A stretch of 64,000 nucleotides of DNA from Candidatus Spongiisociaceae bacterium. GTDB taxonomy: Bacteria; Actinomycetota; Acidimicrobiia; Spongiisociales; Spongiisociaceae. The notes under the pieces were generated by a model. The model made no database searches. It saw nothing but the letters and a program-made list of their open reading frames with translations, and was not told the origin of the DNA. The stretch is taken from NCBI GenBank assembly GCA_965262915.1, contig OZ253564.1, positions 3,904,001-3,968,000 of the forward strand, given 5' to 3'. Positions 59,872 to 64,000 of this stretch are shown piece by piece. A program made the translations under genes and the position numbers. Positions within the stretch are counted from its first letter, which is position 1. Every line of letters starts with the position of its first letter.

Positions 59872-59943
59872 TGGTCTGAGGTAACCACCTGAGACTGCTC
59901 GGTGTGCCTCACCCATCCGGAAACGCCTACTGAAGATCGAGCG

Positions 59944-60855
59944 ATGAACCCAGAAACCTATCCCGGGGCTGGTTCCTGGCCGGTACGCCGCTGGTTCGCG
60001 GACGTTGTTGACGTGGAGCGGCAATTGGCCGCCCACGACTACCTGGCCGATCGAGGGTTGGCGACCGCGGTATTCCTCGCCACGTCCCTGAACCTACCCC
60101 TGCTGCTCGAAGGGGAGGTAGGGGTGGGCAAGACCGAGGTGGCTAAGGCGGTCGCCCAAGCCCTGGACCGCCGGGTCGTGCGCCTCCAGTGTTATGAAGG
60201 TATCGACTCGAGCCAGGCGCTGTACGAATGGGACTACCCCCGCCAGCTTCTGTATCTCCGAGCGGTGGGAGACACCAGATCCGATAAGGAGAATGTTGTC
60301 GAAGATCTGTACGGGCCCCGCTTCCTGAACGAGCGTCCGCTGCTCGAGGCCATACGAACCGGTTCGGGAGCGGTGCTGCTCATCGACGAGATCGACCGAG
60401 CCGATGACGAGTTCGAGGCGTTCCTGCTCGAGGTTCTGGCCGACTTCCAGATCTCGATCCCTGAGATCGGCGCCATCCGAGCCGAGCAACCTCCCATCGT
60501 GGTGCTGACCACCAACCGGACACGTGAGCTCCACGATGCTCTCAAGCGACGCTGCCTGTATCACTGGATCGATTACCCGGATCTGGATCGCGAGATGGCG
60601 ATCGTGCGCGCCCGGGTTCCAGAACTCCCAGAGGATCTGGCCCGGCGGATCGTCGAAGCGGTCCACCGTTTCCGGCGGCTCGACCTGATCAAGCTGCCGG
60701 GTATCGCCGAGACCATCAACTGGGCCCTAACGCTCGACCTTCTAGGGGTCGACCAGCTCGAGCCCGATCCGGTGGCACCGACCCTCGGCGCCCTGCTCAA
60801 GGAGAGAGAGGACATCGACCGGGTGAAGCCTCTCCTCGAAGAGATACTCGATTGA
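59944..60855 (+). CDS. coxD: MoxR-type AAA+ ATPase, CoxD-like
   Basis: LLEGEVGVGKTE; RLQCYEG; ALYEWDY; LIDEIDRADDEFEAFLLE; HDALKRRC. Confidence 0.9.
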   Translation: MNPETYPGAGSWPVRRWFADVVDVERQLAAHDYLADRGLATAVFLATSLNLPLLLEGEVGVGKTEVAKAVAQALDRRVVRLQCYEGIDSSQALYEWDYPRQLLYLRAVGDTRSDKENVVEDLYGPRFLNERPLLEAIRTGSGAVLLIDEIDRADDEFEAFLLEVLADFQISIPEIGAIRAEQPPIVVLTTNRTRELHDALKRRCLYHWIDYPDLDREMAIVRARVPELPEDLARRIVEAVHRFRRLDLIKLPGIAETINWALTLDLLGVDQLEPDPVAPTLGALLKEREDIDRVKPLLEEILD

Positions 60856-62033
60856 TCCCACCTGCCGCTGATCCGGCTCAGGTGCTGGTTTCCTTCGGTC
60901 ACGCGCTTCGTGATCAGGGCATAAGCGTGAGCCCTGCCGAGATCGTGACGTTCTGCAGGGCTGTATCCGTGCTCGGCGCCGATCACCTGGATGATGTCTA
61001 CTGGTCCGGGAGAACGTGCCTGGTTTCCGAGCACGCCGACATCCCAGCTTACGACGTCGCCTTCGCCTCGTTCTTCCTCGGCTCGGAACCGGAGTTATCG
61101 TCCGAGAGCGGGGAGGAGCCGGACTCCCCACCCGGTGAGGTAGCCACCTCGGATCCGAGCGGGGAGCGGTCTTCGTTCGTCGACTCCGCAGATGTCCACA
61201 CTGGTAGCGGGGAATCAGAGCACGAGGAAGAGCCGGACCCGGGTGCCGTGGCCTCACTCTACGAAACGCTCCGGCACCGATCGTTCTCGGAATGGACCGA
61301 GGAGGAGAAGTCCGCCCTCGCCATGCTCATCGCCCGGATCGAGGTCCGGGTACCGCGCCGATGCACCAGGCGACTACGTCCGGCCCCGACCGGAACCCGG
61401 CTAGATCTGCGCAGAACCGTCCGCAGCGCTCTGCAGAGCGACGGCGAAGTCCTTCGCAGATCGTGGAGGCGGCGCGTCGTCAAATCGAGGCGCATCCTGC
61501 TGTTGGTGGATGTCTCAGGGTCCATGTCCACCCAGTCGAGAGCCATGCTGCACCTCGCCTACGGACTGGTGACAAGTACCTTGAATACCGAAATCTTCTG
61601 CTTCGGCACGAGGCTCACGCGGACCACCGAATTGCTCAGGGGACGCGACCCCGACCGCGCCGTCGATCGGGCTTGCGCCGGGGTGGTCGACTGGGCGGGC
61701 GGTACCAGGATCGGTGACTCGCTCGTGTCGCTCCTCCGGGATCCCATCGCCCTCAGGCAGGTGCGGGGATCAGTGGTTCTGGTCGCATCGGACGGTCTCG
61801 AGACGGGGGATCCCGAGTTGATGGCGAGTCAGGTCGCTCGCCTGTCCCGGCTGGCCTACTCGGTCGTATGGATGAGCCCCCTCAAGGCAGATCCTTCCTA
61901 CCGTCCCCTGACCCGGGGCATGCGGCGCGCCTTCCCCCATCTCGATCATCTGGTAGCTGCGGATTCGTTGAACGATCTCGAGAAAGTCGCCCATCTCCTC
62001 CCGATGCTCGTCTCCGGCATCCGCTCCCCATAG
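60852..62033 (+). CDS. coxE: vWA-domain protein, CoxE-like
   Basis: DLRRTVR; DVSGSM; FGTRLTR; WAGGTRIG; SDGLETGD; PLTRGM. Confidence 0.9.
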   Translation: MIPPAADPAQVLVSFGHALRDQGISVSPAEIVTFCRAVSVLGADHLDDVYWSGRTCLVSEHADIPAYDVAFASFFLGSEPELSSESGEEPDSPPGEVATSDPSGERSSFVDSADVHTGSGESEHEEEPDPGAVASLYETLRHRSFSEWTEEEKSALAMLIARIEVRVPRRCTRRLRPAPTGTRLDLRRTVRSALQSDGEVLRRSWRRRVVKSRRILLLVDVSGSMSTQSRAMLHLAYGLVTSTLNTEIFCFGTRLTRTTELLRGRDPDRAVDRACAGVVDWAGGTRIGDSLVSLLRDPIALRQVRGSVVLVASDGLETGDPELMASQVARLSRLAYSVVWMSPLKADPSYRPLTRGMRRAFPHLDHLVAADSLNDLEKVAHLLPMLVSGIRSP

Positions 62034-62264
62034 CGGCAAGCAGAAGCCGACTACCGGCAACAGGCTGCGCGCGAGCGCGACCCCTCCGCCGGGTTTCCCT
62101 TAGTTCACGGCATCGGAGGCCCTATCAGCAACGACGAGCCGATCACAGCCGTACGTCCGTGGCTCCGAGGCTGGACGTGGTTTGCAAACGCATTCCTGTG
62201 TCTTCACGAGGCTATCCCCATTGGTTATCACCCGTTGTCGTGCTCCTGACCGACGACGGACCGG

Positions 62265-62930
62265 TCAGTTGTTCGGGTTGGGCGGTTCCGCTGCGCTTCT
62301 GATGATCCCGTCGAGGTCACATGCGACCGTGATGCTGTTTCCGATGGTTCCGGGTCGGCGGGTTACCAGAAACCTACGGTCGGCACCGATCATGTCTGCT
62401 GTCTTGTTGAGCCGGGTCATGATCGCGCGGCTCGGGTTGGTCGTGAGCTTGATCTCGATTGCCCAGATCTCGCGTCCGACCCGTACGACCAGATCGATCT
62501 CACGACCTGACGTCGTGCGGAGATGCCAGGCGTCGAAGTCGCGCCCTGTCTGTGTCAGAGCGGTGAGGATCTGGTCGATGACATGGCCTTCCCAACTTGC
62601 ACCCGCCGTCGGTAGTGAGGCGATGTCGTCGTCGGCGCTCATCCCGAGGAGGCTGTGTAGTAGTCCGCTGTCCCGCCAAAATACCTTGGGTCTTTTGATG
62701 AACTGCTTGGCGGGGTTCGTGCTGTAGGCAGGCAGGCGGCGAATGAGGAAGGCCCCTTCAAGATAGTCAAGATAGTCGTTGACAGTGTGATACGAGAGTC
62801 CGAGCGCTCGACCGATGTCGCTGGCGTTCCACTGTTGCCCGTGACGGGCGGCGAGAAGTCCGAAGAGTCGTCGGGTGGTTTGGGCGCTTGCGGGCAGGCC
62901 CCACGAGGGCAGGTCGCGTTGGGCCAGCAA
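62265..62930 (-). pseudogene. C-terminal DUF4143 part of an AAA_14/DUF4143 ATPase; N-terminal ATPase domain missing
   Basis: LAQRDLP; NASDIGRALG; YLDYLE; KRPKVFWRDSGLLH; GASWEG; RTTSGREIDL; AIEIK. No Walker A upstream. Confidence 0.8.
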
Positions 62931-63225
62931 CCTGAGGGGGTCGCGTTGCAGTCGGTTTCTGTTTCCACAGCCCCTGACTTCTACTTACCGGCCCTCAGAT
63001 TTCTATTCTCAAGCCCTGTCGCCTCTATATCCGGTGTCGATTACCGGCTCTTGACCGTGACACCGAACACTCTTCAACAGAGCGGGACTGTTCGGGCTGC
63101 CTGGCAGGTTCGAGCCTTCTTCGAGGGGTCTGTAGCGATCCGATCTATGGTGGTGGAGGTATCCTCCAGTTGCTGACGGTTGCGAGACGTAGAACAGCAT
63201 GTAGTCGAGCGGAAGGTAGGCAAGG

Positions 63226-63954
63226 GTGGCTAAACCAACCTCGACAGGCACATGTACGTTGTGCGAGCAGACCTACAGCCGGGCCGGGATGGGCCGACAT
63301 CTCAAGGCATGCCGCAGGAAAGTGGGTCTTCAAAGGGTCGTGAGTGGCCAAGAACCCGTAAGGATCGAGCACGGTCGGAGAGCGGCACGGAGCTACCACA
63401 TCGCTGTCGAGGACCGCTACGACCCTCGCTACTGGATGCATCTCGATCTGCCGATGAATCTGGACCTGCGTGGCTTGGACCAGTTCCTTCGCAACATCTG
63501 GTTGGAGTGCTGCGAGCATCTGAGCGCTTTCTACATCTCAGGAGTGATGTACCGATCAGGCAGCATCCATTGGCTCGAGCCGTTTGGCGGCCGCCGCCCC
63601 GAGACCATGCGATGCGCCGCTCACCGGGTTCTTCATCCGGGACAGAGGTTCAGGTACGAGTACGACCTCGGTACGACCACGGAACTGGCGCTCAGGGTGC
63701 TGTCGGAGCAGGAGGCCAAGCTAGGGAAGGGCATCCGGCTGCTGGCGATCAATGACCCTCCCAGAGTGGTCTGCCACTCATGCGGGACTGCACCGGCGGC
63801 CGTGATCTGCACCGAATGCAGCATGGAAAGCTTTCCGTATCCGGACCGAGGCTACCTCTGTAGCGATTGCAGCACCCGACATGGCTGTGACGACATGGTG
63901 TACCTACCGGTGGTCAACTCCCCGAGAGTCGGAATGTGCGGATACGACGGATAG
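63226..63954 (+). CDS. pRiA4b ORF-3-like protein with Cys-rich Zn-binding regions
   Basis: CTLC; LDQFLRNIWLECCEHLSAF; YEYDLGTTT; VVNSPRVGMCGYDG. Confidence 0.8.
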   Translation: MAKPTSTGTCTLCEQTYSRAGMGRHLKACRRKVGLQRVVSGQEPVRIEHGRRAARSYHIAVEDRYDPRYWMHLDLPMNLDLRGLDQFLRNIWLECCEHLSAFYISGVMYRSGSIHWLEPFGGRRPETMRCAAHRVLHPGQRFRYEYDLGTTTELALRVLSEQEAKLGKGIRLLAINDPPRVVCHSCGTAPAAVICTECSMESFPYPDRGYLCSDCSTRHGCDDMVYLPVVNSPRVGMCGYDG

Positions 63955-64000
63955 GCGCCGCGCGGCTTGACGGGTAGTCGCAGACGGCGACAATGGCATG

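Noticed and set aside
59868-59878. CTAGTGGTCTG as a third copy of the MITE end
   Set aside because: Only 11 bp match, with no internal homology or partner repeat.
660-62930. The two ATPase remnants as halves of one gene split by island insertion
   Set aside because: They are on opposite strands and the middle of the protein is absent; I cannot show they come from the same gene.

Overview
High-GC actinobacterial DNA. The lipoprotein signal peptides with AACG-DD followed by Thr/Ala/Pro linkers, the mycothiol-type formaldehyde dehydrogenase and the leaderless genes suggest Acidimicrobiia, but that assignment is inference. About 1.5-62 kb reads as one large catabolic island for nitrogen heterocycles. 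Transport: three BMP/nucleoside-type ABC importers and one NMT1/THI5-type importer that has no ATPase in the window. Oxidation and demethylation: four paralogous Rieske oxygenases of the NdmA/SxtT-like type with no reductase in the window, an MscR-like formaldehyde dehydrogenase, a GcvT-fold (THF-dependent) protein, three SDRs, an aldehyde dehydrogenase, and a CoxLMS-type molybdenum hydroxylase that is not a form I CO dehydrogenase, with CoxD/E/G. Decarboxylation and hydrolysis: two UbiD decarboxylases plus UbiX, eight amidohydrolase-superfamily genes (two damaged), a nitrilase-family carbamoylase, a formamidase and a class III aminotransferase. My best hypothesis is an uncharacterised uptake, demethylation and ring-opening pathway for methylated purines/pyrimidines or related alkaloids. 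The raw sequence also shows a shared 15-bp operator 28-29 bp upstream of -10 boxes at four promoters, an IS1380-like MITE with a 5-bp target duplication, two diverged copies of a second MITE, a ghost 3' end of a deleted paralogue, a putative toxin-antitoxin pair, and AAA/DUF4143 ATPase remnants at both island edges. I saw no rRNA, tRNA or CRISPR array. All functional calls come from motif recognition, not database searches.
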